Shown: positions 21,406 to 32,375 of the stretch, piece after piece
How the letters are laid out: every line of letters begins with the position of its first letter
How positions within the stretch are numbered: the stretch's first letter is position 1
Assembly (NCBI GenBank): GCA_963829055.1
Contig: CAWHHI010000020.1
Coordinates: 960,001 to 1,024,000, forward strand
DNA length: 64,000 nucleotides
Origin: an uncultured Gemmatimonadaceae bacterium
Lineage (GTDB): Bacteria; Gemmatimonadota; Gemmatimonadetes; Gemmatimonadales; Gemmatimonadaceae
Direction: 5' to 3'
Made by a program: the position numbers and the translations under genes
Notes under the pieces: generated by a model
Databases searched by the model: none
The model's input: the letters and a program-made list of their open reading frames with translations, nothing else
What the model was told of the DNA's origin: nothing

Positions 21406-21637
21406 TGCGCAGTACTGTCCGCCTTCCAGACGAACTTATGCGCGCCGCAAACGCCGGGCACACCAGACCGGGCGTAGTCTCACGCACTGCTGGAAGACTG
21501 CGTTCGCGCGGCGCTCCGGCAGCCCGCGGCAGCGCAGCGCGTATCCGAGCTCTCTCGACCTACGGTGGCAAAGGGCTGGCTCCAGGCGTGGACCTGATCG
21601 ACTCGAGCGCGTTGGAAGATCTGATGACGGTCGCTGA
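21405..21637 (+). CDS. RHH-type antitoxin (VapB-like), frameshifted
   Basis: MRSTVRLPDELMRAA(K)RRA..TGRSLT..LSTYGGKGLAPGVDL.DSSALEDLM. Confidence 0.7.
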
Positions 21638-21641
21638 TCTG

Positions 21642-22085
21642 ATGCTGCTCGACGTCAACGTGACTCGTGGACGGCCATGCGCGAGGACGCGCCGAGGCAC
21701 CGCGATGTCAACGCGTTCGTCGAGGGGCTCCGCCGGGCGCCGGAGCCGTTCGGCGTGAGCGACGTGGTACTAAGCGGCACAATGCGTGTGCTGACGCATC
21801 CGCGGGTGTTCGTCCCGCCAGACACCGCCGGACGTTGCCCGCGCATACGTGGTCACCGTCCGCTCGACGCCTAACGCCATCGTCGTCGCGCCGGGCCCAC
21901 GGCACTGGGAGCTGTTCGTCGGATTGCTCGAGCAGTCGGGAGCTATTGGAAACCTCGTGGCCAGATGCATGGCACGCGGCGCTGGCCATCGAGCACGGCT
22001 GCGAGTGCGATTCCGACGTCAGCGACTTCTCGCGGATCGTTCCGGGAGCTGCGCTGGCGGCGAAGCCCGGCTGCGCTCGCTGTGA
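21642..22085 (+). CDS. vapC: PIN-domain toxin (VapC-like), multiple frameshifts
   Basis: MLLDVNV..REDAPRH..RVLTHPRVF..PGPRHW..GNLV/PDAWHAALAIEHGC..DFSR. Confidence 0.72.
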
Positions 22086-22210
22086 GATGCCGCACACTGC
22101 GCCGGCGAACGGACGATAGCGACCATCTCGAGTACGTGAACGTTGGGTCGTACGCGCTCGGCATCCATAACGAATGGGAGCGCGCAAACGCTCGCGAGAC
22201 CACCTGACGC

Positions 22211-23170
22211 TCAGCGCGTCTTCCTGATCTCCCGAACGCCGAGATCGAGCCGACGCCGCAGCAGCGCACGCAACGTGGCACCGTCGGCGTAGCCCACGCG
22301 TGCCGCGATGGCGTCAACGCTCGCGCTCCCCGTCTTGAGCAGGTGCACCGCGCGCTCGACACGCAGGCTCTGAAAGTACGAAAGGGGTGTCTTGCCTAAC
22401 GCTGCGTGCATCCGACGCGCGAGCGTGCGCTTGCTGGCGCCTACGGCCTTCGCCGCGTCGTCCAGTGAGAACCCGTCCGCCAGCCGCGCTCGCGCCCAGC
22501 GCTCGAAGCGCTGAACGATCGGATCGGTGTGCACCAGGTGGTCGGTCAACGCGTACGCGGATTGCGACGGCCTGGAATCGACGATGAGATACTTCGCTGT
22601 GAGCGCGGCGAGCTGCGGACTCACGCCGCGGATGAGCCACAGCGCGAGATCCATGTGACTCAGCGCCGCTCCCGCGGTCACGAAGCGGCCGGAGTGCACG
22701 ATCATGCTCGACTCGTCGAGCGACACGCTCGGATAGCGCTGTCTGAACAGCGGCGCGAGCCACCACGTCGTCGTCGCCCGCTGCTCGTCCAGCAACCCCG
22801 ACTCGGCCATCACGAACGTGCCGATGCACGCCGCGGCCATCGTCGCCCCGCCGCGGTGCCACTGTCGAAGCGCGGCGGTCGCATCGCGCACGTCCGGTCG
22901 CGCGAGCGCCGCGACGAGCGGACCGGGCGTCTTGAACCCGATCGCCGGCACGATGGCGCAGTCGGGGCGCCATCGGCCAACGGCGTGAACCGGCACGCGA
23001 AGCCCGTGCGACGTGCGCACCGCCCTCCGTACGCCGACGACGCGCGTCTCGAAACGAGGCACCGCGAGCTCCGACATCTCGGCCAGCTCGTTCGCGGTCT
23101 GAAAGGCGTCGAGCAGGGCCGCCAGGCCGAGGTCGAAGACGTCGTCGAGGACGAGGATGGCGATGCGCAT
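22211..23170 (-). CDS. GlxA-family regulator (DJ-1/PfpI + AraC HTH)
   Basis: MRIAILVLDD..ACIGTFVMAESGLLD..ATTTWW..TAGA..SKRTLARR..IAARVGYAD. Confidence 0.93.
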   Translation of the reverse strand: MRIAILVLDDVFDLGLAALLDAFQTANELAEMSELAVPRFETRVVGVRRAVRTSHGLRVPVHAVGRWRPDCAIVPAIGFKTPGPLVAALARPDVRDATAALRQWHRGGATMAAACIGTFVMAESGLLDEQRATTTWWLAPLFRQRYPSVSLDESSMIVHSGRFVTAGAALSHMDLALWLIRGVSPQLAALTAKYLIVDSRPSQSAYALTDHLVHTDPIVQRFERWARARLADGFSLDDAAKAVGASKRTLARRMHAALGKTPLSYFQSLRVERAVHLLKTGSASVDAIAARVGYADGATLRALLRRRLDLGVREIRKTR

Positions 23171-23273
23171 GGCAATAATGATAACAAAGATGGCGTTCTT
23201 GCCCATGGCCAGATGGACGGTGCATCGCCTACGTTCGGCGTACGCAGATTCCACCAACCAGACGAGTCGTGTC

Positions 23274-24217
23274 ATGAGTGCCATTCGCACCACGCCGCGA
23301 AATATCCTGCAGTGCATCGGCAACACGTCGCTCTTGCCACTGCACCACGATCGTGCCGTCGAGTGGCGCTCGCATTCTCCTCAAGATCGAGAGCGAGAAC
23401 CCCACCGGCAGCATGAAGGACCGCATGGCGCTGGCGATGGTCGAAGCAGCCGAGGCGGACGGGAGGCTCGCGCCCGGCGGCTCGGTCGTCGAATACACGG
23501 CCGGTAGCACCGGCGTGTCGCTGGCGCTCGTCTGCAGCTGTGAAGCGCTACCCGCTGCACATCGTGACATCGGACGCGTTCGCGCGGGAGAAGCTCGATC
23601 ACATGGCGTTGCTCGGTGCAAGGCTGCGCATTCTTCACAGCGACGACGGGCGCATGACGGCCAAGCTCACGCGCGACATGATCGAACAGGCGCGTGTGGT
23701 CACCGAGGAGACGCGCGGCTTCTGGACCGATCAGCTCAATAACCGCGATCAGCTCGCGGCCTATCAGACCATGGCGGACGAGATCTGGACGCAGACGGAC
23801 GGCGAGATCGATGGCTTCGTGCAGAGCGTCGGCTCGGCGGCGTCATTCCGCGGCACCACCGAAGCGCTGCGACAGCGCAACGAGCGGATCAAGGCCGTCG
23901 CGGTAGAGCCGGCCGAGTCGGCCGTGCTTTCAGGCGGAGCGCCCGGCGCTCACAAGATCGACGGCGTGGGCGCGGGGTTCGTCGTGCCGCTCTGGAAGGA
24001 CGGCGTCGCCGATCAGATCGAACGCGTGTCCACGGAGGACGCGGTCGCGATGGCGCGCCGTCTCGCGCGTGAAGAAGGACTCTTTGCGGGCACGTCCACC
24101 GGCGCGAACGTCGTCGCGGCGTTGCGACTGGCCGAACAGCTCGGGCCTAACGCGACGGTCGTGACGATCATGTGCGACACCGGCATGAAATATCTCAAGA
24201 TGTTCGCACACGCTTGA
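23274..24217 (+). CDS. PLP-dependent cysteine synthase family protein; frameshifts at ~23350 and ~23537
   Basis: IGNTSL..KIESENPTGSMKDR..EYTAGSTG..HKIDGVGAGFV..EEGLFAGTSTGAN..CDTGMKY. Confidence 0.88.
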
Positions 24218-24677
24218 GCATCCGCGTCCACTCGGGCACGTATCCGGCCGCCTCGTATACGCGCCGAGCGCGATCGTTGTCCTCGAAAACGTGCAGCGAG
24301 AGCCACGGATAGCCCGCCTCCTCTGCCCACCGCTCCGCCGCCGCGAGCAGCGCGCGCCCGATCCCGCGACCTTCCCCTGCGCGCGTGACCGCAATGTCGA
24401 CCACGTGCCCGGCGAGCATGTCGGTGAAATAATCGCGCTCCGACTTCAACCACACGAACCCCACCGGGTTGCCTAACGCATCCTCGGCCACGAGAAACGT
24501 CGTTTCCGGCGCCGGGGCCACGAGCTCGCGCGCCCACTGCGCGGCGACGGCATCGTCCATGGCTTCGGTCTCGCGCCACGAGGGCGGCCCGAACTCGTGC
24601 ATCCGAGGCGCTAACAGGGTGATCCAGCTCGCATCCTCCGGCCGCGCTGGCCGGATACGAACGTCCGCGTCGCTCAT
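24195..24677 (-). CDS. GNAT acetyltransferase
   Basis: IAV..GEGRGIGRALL..LHVFEDNDRARRVYE..GY. Confidence 0.92.
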   Translation of the reverse strand: MSDADVRIRPARPEDASWITLLAPRMHEFGPPSWRETEAMDDAVAAQWARELVAPAPETTFLVAEDALGNPVGFVWLKSERDYFTDMLAGHVVDIAVTRAGEGRGIGRALLAAAERWAEEAGYPWLSLHVFEDNDRARRVYEAAGYVPEWTRMLKRVRTS

Positions 24678-24738
24678 GACCTGACCCTCAGGAGATGTAC
24701 AGGCGGAAATCTATTCCCGCCGGCGCACTATCGCCCGG

Positions 24739-26223
24739 TCATCGGGCCAGGAACTCACTCCAGGCGATAGGCTGGTAGTTCTGCACGCAGAACAGCGTGT
24801 CCACCGCGAGCTTCTCGCGATCGACCGCGTTGCGCAGGTCCACGAGCGACGTCTCGAAATATCCCTTGCCTGGCTGCCCGGTGACCGCGCGATTCGGGAA
24901 CACCAGGTCGGCGCCATAGAGCAGCTTCGCGTCCGGGAAGTACGCCATGAGCATGCGCTCGCCGTACGGACCGCCGACGGGATAGAGCTCGATGCGGTTC
25001 TCTCCCTTTCCGATGACGGTCTTCGCGCTCACCGGCATGAACTTCGGCGCCCTGGGTTGCTTCGCCAGCCGGTCCGGCTCGAGCGTGTGCGGCGCCTTCG
25101 CGACTTTCGTGAGGAACGGGACGCTCCCGGCCTGCACGTAGATCGGGATGCCTAACGCGATCGCCTCGCGCACGCCGCCGATGTGCGCCCACGGGTCGGA
25201 CGTCATGACGATCGCCTTGATCGGCGACCCGGGCCATCGCCGGTTCGCCTCGTCGATGACGTCGTGAAGGTACTGCGCGCTGATGTGCGCCTCGAAGATC
25301 ACGACGCCGTCCGGCTGCTTCACGAGCGTCATCGCCCACTGGTCCGGGACGCGCACGATCCCCGGCCTGAGCTCCGTCGGCTGTCCGCGCGCGCCGAGCC
25401 GAAATGTCGAGAAGTTGAGCTTCGAGTTTGCCGCGTACTGCGCCCGCGCCGAATCCGACACGGTGAGCGACTCGGCCGGCACGCGCGCGGTGTCGAGCGC
25501 GACGGTCGTGATCGACACGTCGTGAAGCAGTTCCCCGTTCAACAGCACGCGCTCGTGCATCGGCCACCAGGCGCCTGACGAGTGGATCGACCAGCGCCCG
25601 TACTCGGTGCGCATGGTGACGTCGCCGAACGCGGCCCAGCGGAAGTTGTCGGGATAGGCACGGACGATGTCGACGGCGTCCGGCAGATGCGTGTCGCGAT
25701 TCAGCTCGAGGCGCATTCGCCCGTTTCGCCACGGAAACGACAGCACGTCGTACGTGATGCCGAAGTGCGTCGCGGTTCCGTCGAGCCGCAGGGCCGGTGA
25801 CGCGGCGGCAAGCATGAGCGCGCGGGCTGGCGCTGCATCGATGCGGTCGATCGCATCCTCGTACGCCGCACGCGACGAGCCGGTCTCGCGCGCGCCGATT
25901 CGATTGGAGACGACCGAGTCGGTGAGAACGGTGACGAGCTCCGGGCCAGGGCCCGTCGTCGCGAGGTTGCGGAATGTCCGCCGAAAGCTCGAGGAAGTAC
26001 CGTCGCGCAGTTCGGCGAACTGGCTGTACGTGGGGTACCACGGCCCGTCGGCGCGCTCGCCGTTTCCGAGCACGTAGTCGTGTTGAAGACCTGTGAGGCG
26101 GTATGCGCGAACGTCGCGAAGCGACGCGGAGCGCTGTAGCGCCGCGACCGCGGCATCAACAAGCGCGCGCGGGTCTGGCGGTGCGGGCAGGGCGACGGAA
26201 AGCGCGAGCAGGACAGTCAGCAT
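24739..26223 (-). CDS. Secreted protein with C-terminal MBL-fold-like domain (degenerate metal motif)
   Basis: Signal peptide; LVKQPDGVVIFEA..PIKAIVMTSDPWAHIGG..ERMLMAYFPDAKLLYGADL. Confidence 0.8.
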   Translation of the reverse strand: MLTVLLALSVALPAPPDPRALVDAAVAALQRSASLRDVRAYRLTGLQHDYVLGNGERADGPWYPTYSQFAELRDGTSSSFRRTFRNLATTGPGPELVTVLTDSVVSNRIGARETGSSRAAYEDAIDRIDAAPARALMLAAASPALRLDGTATHFGITYDVLSFPWRNGRMRLELNRDTHLPDAVDIVRAYPDNFRWAAFGDVTMRTEYGRWSIHSSGAWWPMHERVLLNGELLHDVSITTVALDTARVPAESLTVSDSARAQYAANSKLNFSTFRLGARGQPTELRPGIVRVPDQWAMTLVKQPDGVVIFEAHISAQYLHDVIDEANRRWPGSPIKAIVMTSDPWAHIGGVREAIALGIPIYVQAGSVPFLTKVAKAPHTLEPDRLAKQPRAPKFMPVSAKTVIGKGENRIELYPVGGPYGERMLMAYFPDAKLLYGADLVFPNRAVTGQPGKGYFETSLVDLRNAVDREKLAVDTLFCVQNYQPIAWSEFLAR

Positions 26224-26268
26224 CGTCGAGTATGATTGTGGTTATAGGCTCAATCCCACACGATGCAC

Positions 26269-26343
26269 GCACCCCGAGGACCTCCAAACGACTTTGTGGC
26301 CAGTGACTGTTATGATGTGGCCACAAGCGGAAAATCGGGGTGC
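26269..26343. promoter_or_regulatory. Nested inverted repeats around an extended -10 (TGnTATGAT)
   Basis: GCACCCCGA 26269 / TCGGGGTGC 26335; TTGTGGCCA 26294 / TGGCCACAA 26318; TATGAT 26311. Confidence 0.45.
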
Positions 26344-26414
26344 TCGTATTCCTGAGGCCACTTTCCTAAGGCCTCCTTCCTGAGCCTACCAACCCTGACG
26401 CGACACACCGCGCA

Positions 26415-27601
26415 TTACTTCGCGCGACTCCCGAAGTACACCACATTCGGCGCGTCCGAGCGCGCCGCGGCAATGTCCATGACGCCATCGCGATTCAGGT
26501 CCGCGATCGCGAAGCCGTAGACCGTGCCTTTCCTGTCGCCAACCGGAATATCGCGGAACCGTCGTCCGGAACCGTCGTTCAAGTGCACGATGGATGGCGC
26601 CTCCACGTTGCCGACGATGATGTCCGGTTTGCCGTCGCCGTTCACGTCCGCGACGGCGAGCGCGTACGGCGCCACCTTCGCGTCGGCCACGGACACAGGC
26701 CGCCGAGAAGGCGCCGTTCCTCTGACCGAAGTAGACCGCCGTGCCTTGTCGCTCGTCGATGGCGACGAGATCGAGGTGTCCATCGCCGTCCAGATCCGCC
26801 GCTTCCGTCATCCGGATTGTGCGCGTTAGGCGGGCCGAACGGAATCGTTCGCGAGGGCGAGAACGTTCCCTTCGGACCCGCGAGGTACACGCGACTCTGG
26901 CCGCCGTCCCGGTACGGCACGGCGAGGTCGATCAACCCGTCGCCATTGAAGTCCGCGGCTGTGATCGTCGTCGCGGGCTCGCGCGAGAACGCGACGCAGT
27001 CCGAGTCGAAGCGCCCCTTCCCCTTGTTGAAGCAGATGTAGTTCGCGCCGGTGCTGTCGCTGCGATTGGCGACGACGATGTCCGGGAGCCCGTCTCCATC
27101 GATGTCCGCCACCGTCGCGTTTCGAGTCTCCCACTCCGGCCGCCCGAACGTCGATCCCACGCTGAAGTGTCCCTTGCCGTCATTCAGGTACACGAGCTTG
27201 GGATCCGGCCTGTCGTTGCTGATGATCACATCGAGATCACCATCGCGGTCCACATCCGCCAAGTGCCCGGAGTACGATCGGTCCGAGGCCTTCCCGAGCG
27301 GGTACCCGGCCGCGAAGTGCCCAGCTCCGTCGCCTAACAGCACCCGATCGACGAGCGGCCAGTGGCGACCCTTCGCGAGCACGAGATCGAGGCGGCCATC
27401 TCCATTGAGGTCACCGGCGCTGACGTTCGCGGACGTCTCCGACGTCGACTCGAGCAGAAGAACCCGGTCGAAGGTGGGGAACGTGTCCACCGAGATTCCA
27501 CTCGGTCCGTGCATCGCCGCTGGAGCCCGTACGGCAGTCGCCGCCGACACCACTCCACCGAGTACGACAACGGCGGCCGCTATAGCGCGCGCGCGGTTCA
27601 T
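26415..27601 (-). CDS. FG-GAP/VCBS repeat protein; frameshift at ~26815
   Basis: Seven DxxxDGxxD-type repeats (GDLNGDGRLD, ADVDRDGDLD, ADIDGDGLPD, ADFNGDGLID, ADLDGDGHLD, ADVNGDGKPD, ADLNRDGVMD); signal peptide. Confidence 0.88.
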
Positions 27602-27609
27602 CGCATCTC

Positions 27610-27757
27610 GTGTCATTCCGAGCGGAGCGGGTGTCATTCCGAGCGAGCAGCGAGAGCGGCGGAGTCGAGGAATCCTTTCCTTCTTGATAGAGGGCCCTCT
27701 ACCCTGCAAGCCAAGGATTCCTCGACTGCGGCCTTCGGCCTCCGCTCGGAATGACAC
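27610..27757. repeat. REP/MITE-like palindromic element GTCATTCCGAGCG...CGCTCGGAATGAC
   Basis: Terminal inverted repeats, inner GTCGAGGAATC/GATTCCTCGAC, central AGAGGGCCCTCT; left end duplicated. Confidence 0.88.
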
Positions 27758-27765
27758 CGTTGCCA

Positions 27766-27804
27766 TCATGCTAAATTATTAGCATGAAACGACGCCGGGG
27801 TCAA
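27766..27804 (-). promoter_or_regulatory. Promoter (TTGACC-N17-TAATAA) overlapped by palindrome TCATGCTAA-N4-TTAGCATGA
   Basis: Perfect 9-bp arms at 27766-27787; an AT-rich island in a GC-rich context. Confidence 0.6.
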
Positions 27805-27887
27805 GCATGAGATCGCACGAGACGCGCCCCGAGCTCGCCACGTTAGGCATGCCGTGCGGCCTTGGCTCGTGAACCGCCGATGCTGGA

Positions 27888-28346
27888 CTATCGGGGACGA
27901 AGATCGCTCACCGAGTACACGGGCGCATCCGCCGCTGGATCGCCGAGCGCGATCCGGGTCGGAAACCCGAGCGTCAGGTCGTACTGCACGGAGAGCGACG
28001 TGGTGCCGTTGCGAATCGCGTCATCCACGATCGCGAACAGTCCCTCCACGGCGGGGAACAGCTCGGCGTATTGAGCGGGAACGGCGGCGTTCGAGCGCGT
28101 GTACTGTCGCGACTCGACGACGCCATTCCGAACCATGACGATGACCGGCCCGCTCATCTCCGGCAGACATTCGCACGACCGCGAGATGGTATACGTGTAC
28201 GCCGCGGGGGCGACGCGAGCCCAACGCGTTCGCGCCGCCGTCAGCTCGTTGGCGGGAGCGGTGCTGCCTGAATTGCATGCGGCGGCACTCAGGACCACGA
28301 CGGCCGCGAGCGAGGTGACACACGAGGAGGCGCGCCGGTAGCGCAT
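27888..28346 (-). CDS. Lipoprotein, DUF6174-like
   Basis: Lipobox LSAAAC; YTYTISRSCEC..V.NG.V..VEGLF..VQYD..GFP. Confidence 0.8.
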   Translation of the reverse strand: MRYRRASSCVTSLAAVVVLSAAACNSGSTAPANELTAARTRWARVAPAAYTYTISRSCECLPEMSGPVIVMVRNGVVESRQYTRSNAAVPAQYAELFPAVEGLFAIVDDAIRNGTTSLSVQYDLTLGFPTRIALGDPAADAPVYSVSDLRPR

Positions 28347-28500
28347 GATGGCTCCGCAGATGAGGAAACGTGTCGATCGGCTGAACTTGCCAAACCTCAT
28401 CTCGCGTTCGCGGTCACTCCGGTCGCTACGCGACGGCGGCGGAATCGCTTATCGCTCGCGACTCCGCCGCCCTGCATTGCAACCTGATACTACTGGGGTA

Positions 28501-29043
28501 CTAGAAGTTCGGCCGCGTCTCCGTGCGCCCGGTGGTCTGGCCCGCGCCGTATGTGCGCCCGCCGAGTTGCGTCAGCTCTGAGCGCAGACGCTCCGCCGAC
28601 ACATCATCCGCATCGACAGCGACGAGCACGCCACCGCGCTCGACTGTCGATCCATAGAACTCCGCTTCATCACGCGAGTATCCGGCTTTGGAAAACGCGC
28701 CAGCCAGCGCGCCAGACGTACCGCCGACGATCGCGCCGGACGCGATCGCGCCGCCCGTCGCGCCGAGTGCCGAGGCGAGCACACCAGCGGTGACGAATGG
28801 GCCGACTCCTGGAATCAGCAGCGCGGCCAGCCCGAACAGCGTGCCGACACCAGCGCCCGCGAGCGCGCCCTTGCCGACGCGCTCGCCAGTCGTGTCATCG
28901 GTTGCACGTCCCGTGACGTCGATGTCATCCGGACGTCGCGATACGATGGACATTTCGCTATCCGAGATGCCTCGGCGACGAAGCTCTGCTATCGCGCGCT
29001 CGGCCTGCGTACGGTCGTCGAAAACTGCGGTCACACGTGCCAT
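28501..29043 (-). CDS. General stress protein (YflT/17M-like with Gly-rich membrane segment)
   Basis: GGAGG RBS; TAVFDDRTQAERAI.EL..GALAGAGVG..LLIPGVGPFV.AG..GGVLVAV. Confidence 0.85.
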   Translation of the reverse strand: MARVTAVFDDRTQAERAIAELRRRGISDSEMSIVSRRPDDIDVTGRATDDTTGERVGKGALAGAGVGTLFGLAALLIPGVGPFVTAGVLASALGATGGAIASGAIVGGTSGALAGAFSKAGYSRDEAEFYGSTVERGGVLVAVDADDVSAERLRSELTQLGGRTYGAGQTTGRTETRPNF

Positions 29044-29373
29044 AGTTGCATCCTCCACCTGCTGTATGTCCCAGCGCGCCACGATTAATGGTTCTGAGAG
29101 CGAGACGATAGCAGCGATGTCCTGTGAGACGGGCACAGCCGCACCCGCGCCCACGCTCCCGGCGCGCGAAAAGCGGTTACACGAATCATGCCGACGAGGG
29201 TCGCGGAGGCCGCCAACCGACAACCACTGAGGCGGGCTATACAGGCGCGGGGATCTACGGTCCAATGACGTTAGGCAGCGCCTCCCCCGTCTACGTGGTC
29301 GCGCACTGGACTGCTGCCGCCACTCGCCGGCATATTCGTGGTCATGGCCTTCACCGCTCACAGCGCACGCGCG

Positions 29374-30873
29374 ATGACAAGCCCGCGCTCCCGTCGGCGC
29401 CTCTCACGACTGCGCGCATTCGTGCCAGCGGCCGGTATCTACCTGACACACCTAACGTGTGCGACCGCCGCCCATGCGCAGGCCGCATCCGGCGCAGCTG
29501 GGACCGACTGGACCTGGAGCACACTGCGACAAACGCCCGGCGTGGATACGGCACGCGTGACGTGGCTCGAGCGACACGTCAACATTTCCGACGCGCGCGC
29601 GCTGTTCGCGATCATTGGCCAGCTGTCGAAGCCCGAGGTCGCGCAGCTCATCGTCGAACGGATGTACGGCGACGGCAGCGTCGGCGCGGATCGCGCGCTC
29701 GCCGACAGTCTCTATACGCGACCGTCGTCAGGCATCGCTGGAGCAGTGGACGTCGCGTATCTCACGACGCGTCTCCGTGAGACGGTACTGGCGCGCGCCC
29801 GCGCGGGCGGCGCGTTCGCGACCGAGTTCTCGGGCGAGCGACTCACCGTCCCGACGATCTCGAGCGCGACGCGAACGAAGCACGCTCCGCGGCTGACGCT
29901 GCGCTTCGACTTCGCGCCGGCCGAGACGTTGCTCGCGATCGTGTCCACGCCGAACATCACGGCGAACGCGGCCACGAAGCGTATCAGCACGCCGTTGTTC
30001 GATCCGCTCATCAGGCACCGGAGCCAGCCGTTCTACCCGATGCCGTGGTCACGCGAGTTGCTCGGCGCGAACCTGGCGCGTGCCGCGAGCACGGATCCCA
30101 TCGACCGGCTCTACATCTACGCGCAACCACGCGGTCTCCTGCAGTACGGTGATGTCAGCCTGCATCGTGAGCGCTATCGCGCCGTGCTGCGTGCCTTGCA
30201 GCAGAACGAGCATGCGATCCTCGCGTACGTGGCCGACACGCTGACGCCCTACGTGCCCGAGGGATTCACGATCGACCGCGCCGTGTCGATCTACTTCGCC
30301 GGCGGTGCCGACGGTTGGGCCTCGAGCGGCGCGACCGCCTTCGATCTCGAGTATTTCAAGGACGACTATCAGCGGCTGCTGAACGTGATCGTGCACGAGA
30401 CGTATCACGGGGCGCAGAGTGCGGTCGCCGCAGCGAGCTCGCCCCGCGCACGACTGGTCACCGTCCGCGACAGTGCGCTGGCTCAGGCCGCGACCACGAT
30501 CTTCCTCGAAGGGACAGCCAACTACATCGCCCCGGCGAAGCAGCGCACGCCCGCGGAGGTGCTGAGCGCGGCGCGCGAGGGAGAGCAGCTCGTATCACGC
30601 GTCTATGCGGCGACGGGCGGCACGGTGGACCGCGACGCGATGCGGCAGGCGTTGAACGCGGGCGTTGCGGGCGGTGGGCCGTTCTACTGGTTAGGCGCCA
30701 CGATGTCCAAGGCGATCGTGGATGCGTTCGGCCGGGAAACTCTCGCGAAAACTCTCCGCGGCTCGGGCGCAGACTTCGTCGCCGAGTACGTACGCGCGAC
30801 GCGCGCGCTGCCCACGGCCCCACGTTTCTTCACGCCAGAAATCACCGCGGCGATTCTGCGACTGCGCAACTGA
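29374..30873 (+). CDS. Secreted putative Zn-dependent protease (DUF5700-like)
   Basis: HETYH zincin motif with downstream EGTANY; C-terminal GPFYWLG. Confidence 0.75.
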   Translation: MTSPRSRRRLSRLRAFVPAAGIYLTHLTCATAAHAQAASGAAGTDWTWSTLRQTPGVDTARVTWLERHVNISDARALFAIIGQLSKPEVAQLIVERMYGDGSVGADRALADSLYTRPSSGIAGAVDVAYLTTRLRETVLARARAGGAFATEFSGERLTVPTISSATRTKHAPRLTLRFDFAPAETLLAIVSTPNITANAATKRISTPLFDPLIRHRSQPFYPMPWSRELLGANLARAASTDPIDRLYIYAQPRGLLQYGDVSLHRERYRAVLRALQQNEHAILAYVADTLTPYVPEGFTIDRAVSIYFAGGADGWASSGATAFDLEYFKDDYQRLLNVIVHETYHGAQSAVAAASSPRARLVTVRDSALAQAATTIFLEGTANYIAPAKQRTPAEVLSAAREGEQLVSRVYAATGGTVDRDAMRQALNAGVAGGGPFYWLGATMSKAIVDAFGRETLAKTLRGSGADFVAEYVRATRALPTAPRFFTPEITAAILRLRN

Positions 30874-30946
30874 GTGAGCCCTCACTTGCATGGGTTGGGC
30901 ATTTGCCGGATGTTCTGCGGCAGGCACCCAACCTGTGAGGACGACC

Positions 30947-32352
30947 ATGAGACGCGCAGCCGAATACATGTCCGCCGCGATGTTTCTCGGCGTCCTCGCA
31001 GTCGCGGGGCCTGCGTTCGCCCAGGACGTGGCGAGCGTAACGGATGCGGCACGATACACTGCTCGGCGCGAGAGAGCCTACGCGCGACTCGGGAACGACC
31101 TGCTGGTCGTTCGGTCGAGTTGGGCCCCAGCGCACTACACACAACCAGCGTTCGAGCAGGACCCGACCTTCTACTATTTCACCGGCGCCGATCATCTGAC
31201 TCGGCGCCATCCTCGTGCTCGACGGCAAGACGCGACGGTCCGAGCTCTTTCTGCCGAGCGCGTTGCCGGCGTTCCTCGGCCCCGTCGCGGACAACCAAGG
31301 GAAGCCGACCCCTGCGAGGGACGCCGCGTGGCACGTCGACGCCGTGGCCGACTGGAACCAGTTCTCGCGGTACATCGCACGCCGGTTGGCGGATGATCCC
31401 CAAACTGTCGATCCGCGTTGACGGCGGCGATTTCACGCTGGAAGGCCTGCGCGGCTGGATCGGGATCCCGCTGGACTCGACGGCCGCGCCCGGTCGGTCA
31501 CGTTCCGTGTGGACGGATGCGCTGCGGCAGCGCTGGCCTGACGCGACCATTGTCCCAAGCCGCGCGACGATTTCCATGGAGCTGCGCGCGGTCAAAGACT
31601 CCGTGGAGATCGCCACGCTCCGCCGCGTCGCGGCGAACAGCGCCGCCGCACTGCGCGCCGGGTTGCTTCGCTTCGCGCCTGGCCGTCGCCAGCGCGTCGT
31701 CGAAGCCGCGGTCGTCGAGACCTGCACCGCCACCGGCGATGGGCCTTCATTCTGGCCGTTGGCACTGTCGGGGCCGAACTCCGTCCTGACGCCGATCGTA
31801 TTGAGCGTGGACATGCACAACCTCGACCGCGTAATGCGCGCCGGCGAAATCGCGCACCTCGACATCGGCTGCCAGGTCGATCACTACATGGGCGACGTCG
31901 GCCGCACGGTGCCGGTGTCCGGGACGTTCACCGCCGGCCAGGCCGAGGTGGTCGACCTGCTGCTCGCGACGTACCGCGCCGGTCTCGCGGTCCTGCGTGA
32001 CGGTGTGGCGGATACAGCGCTGATTCATGCCAGTGTGGCCGAGGCGGCGCGGCTACGCCCGACGATGCGTACCGCGTTAGGCCGGCATGCCGCCGCAGTG
32101 ATCGCCGACCGCGACAGCATTCCGTACTGGCAGGTCCACGGCGTCGGACTCGACGTCGCGGAGAACCTGCCCGCCGTGCTGCGCGCCGGGATGGTACTCG
32201 ACTACGAGCCGATCTTCGCCGTGGACGGCCAGGGGTTCTACATGGAGGACATGATCCTCGTCACCGCGACGGGATACGAGATCCTGACGAAAGGGCTACC
32301 GAACACCGCGGCCGAGATCGAGCGCGCAATGCGTCGTCCGGCGAAGCGGTGA
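30947..32352 (+). CDS. Xaa-Pro aminopeptidase (M24B), frameshifted at ~31200 and ~31400
   Basis: FEQDPTFYYFTG (AMP_N domain), LRAVKDSVEI, LDIGC..YMGDVGRTVPVSGTF, HGVGLDV, EP, EDMILVT. Confidence 0.85.
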
Positions 32353-32375
32353 GTCGTCACCGAAGCGTTTCGGCG

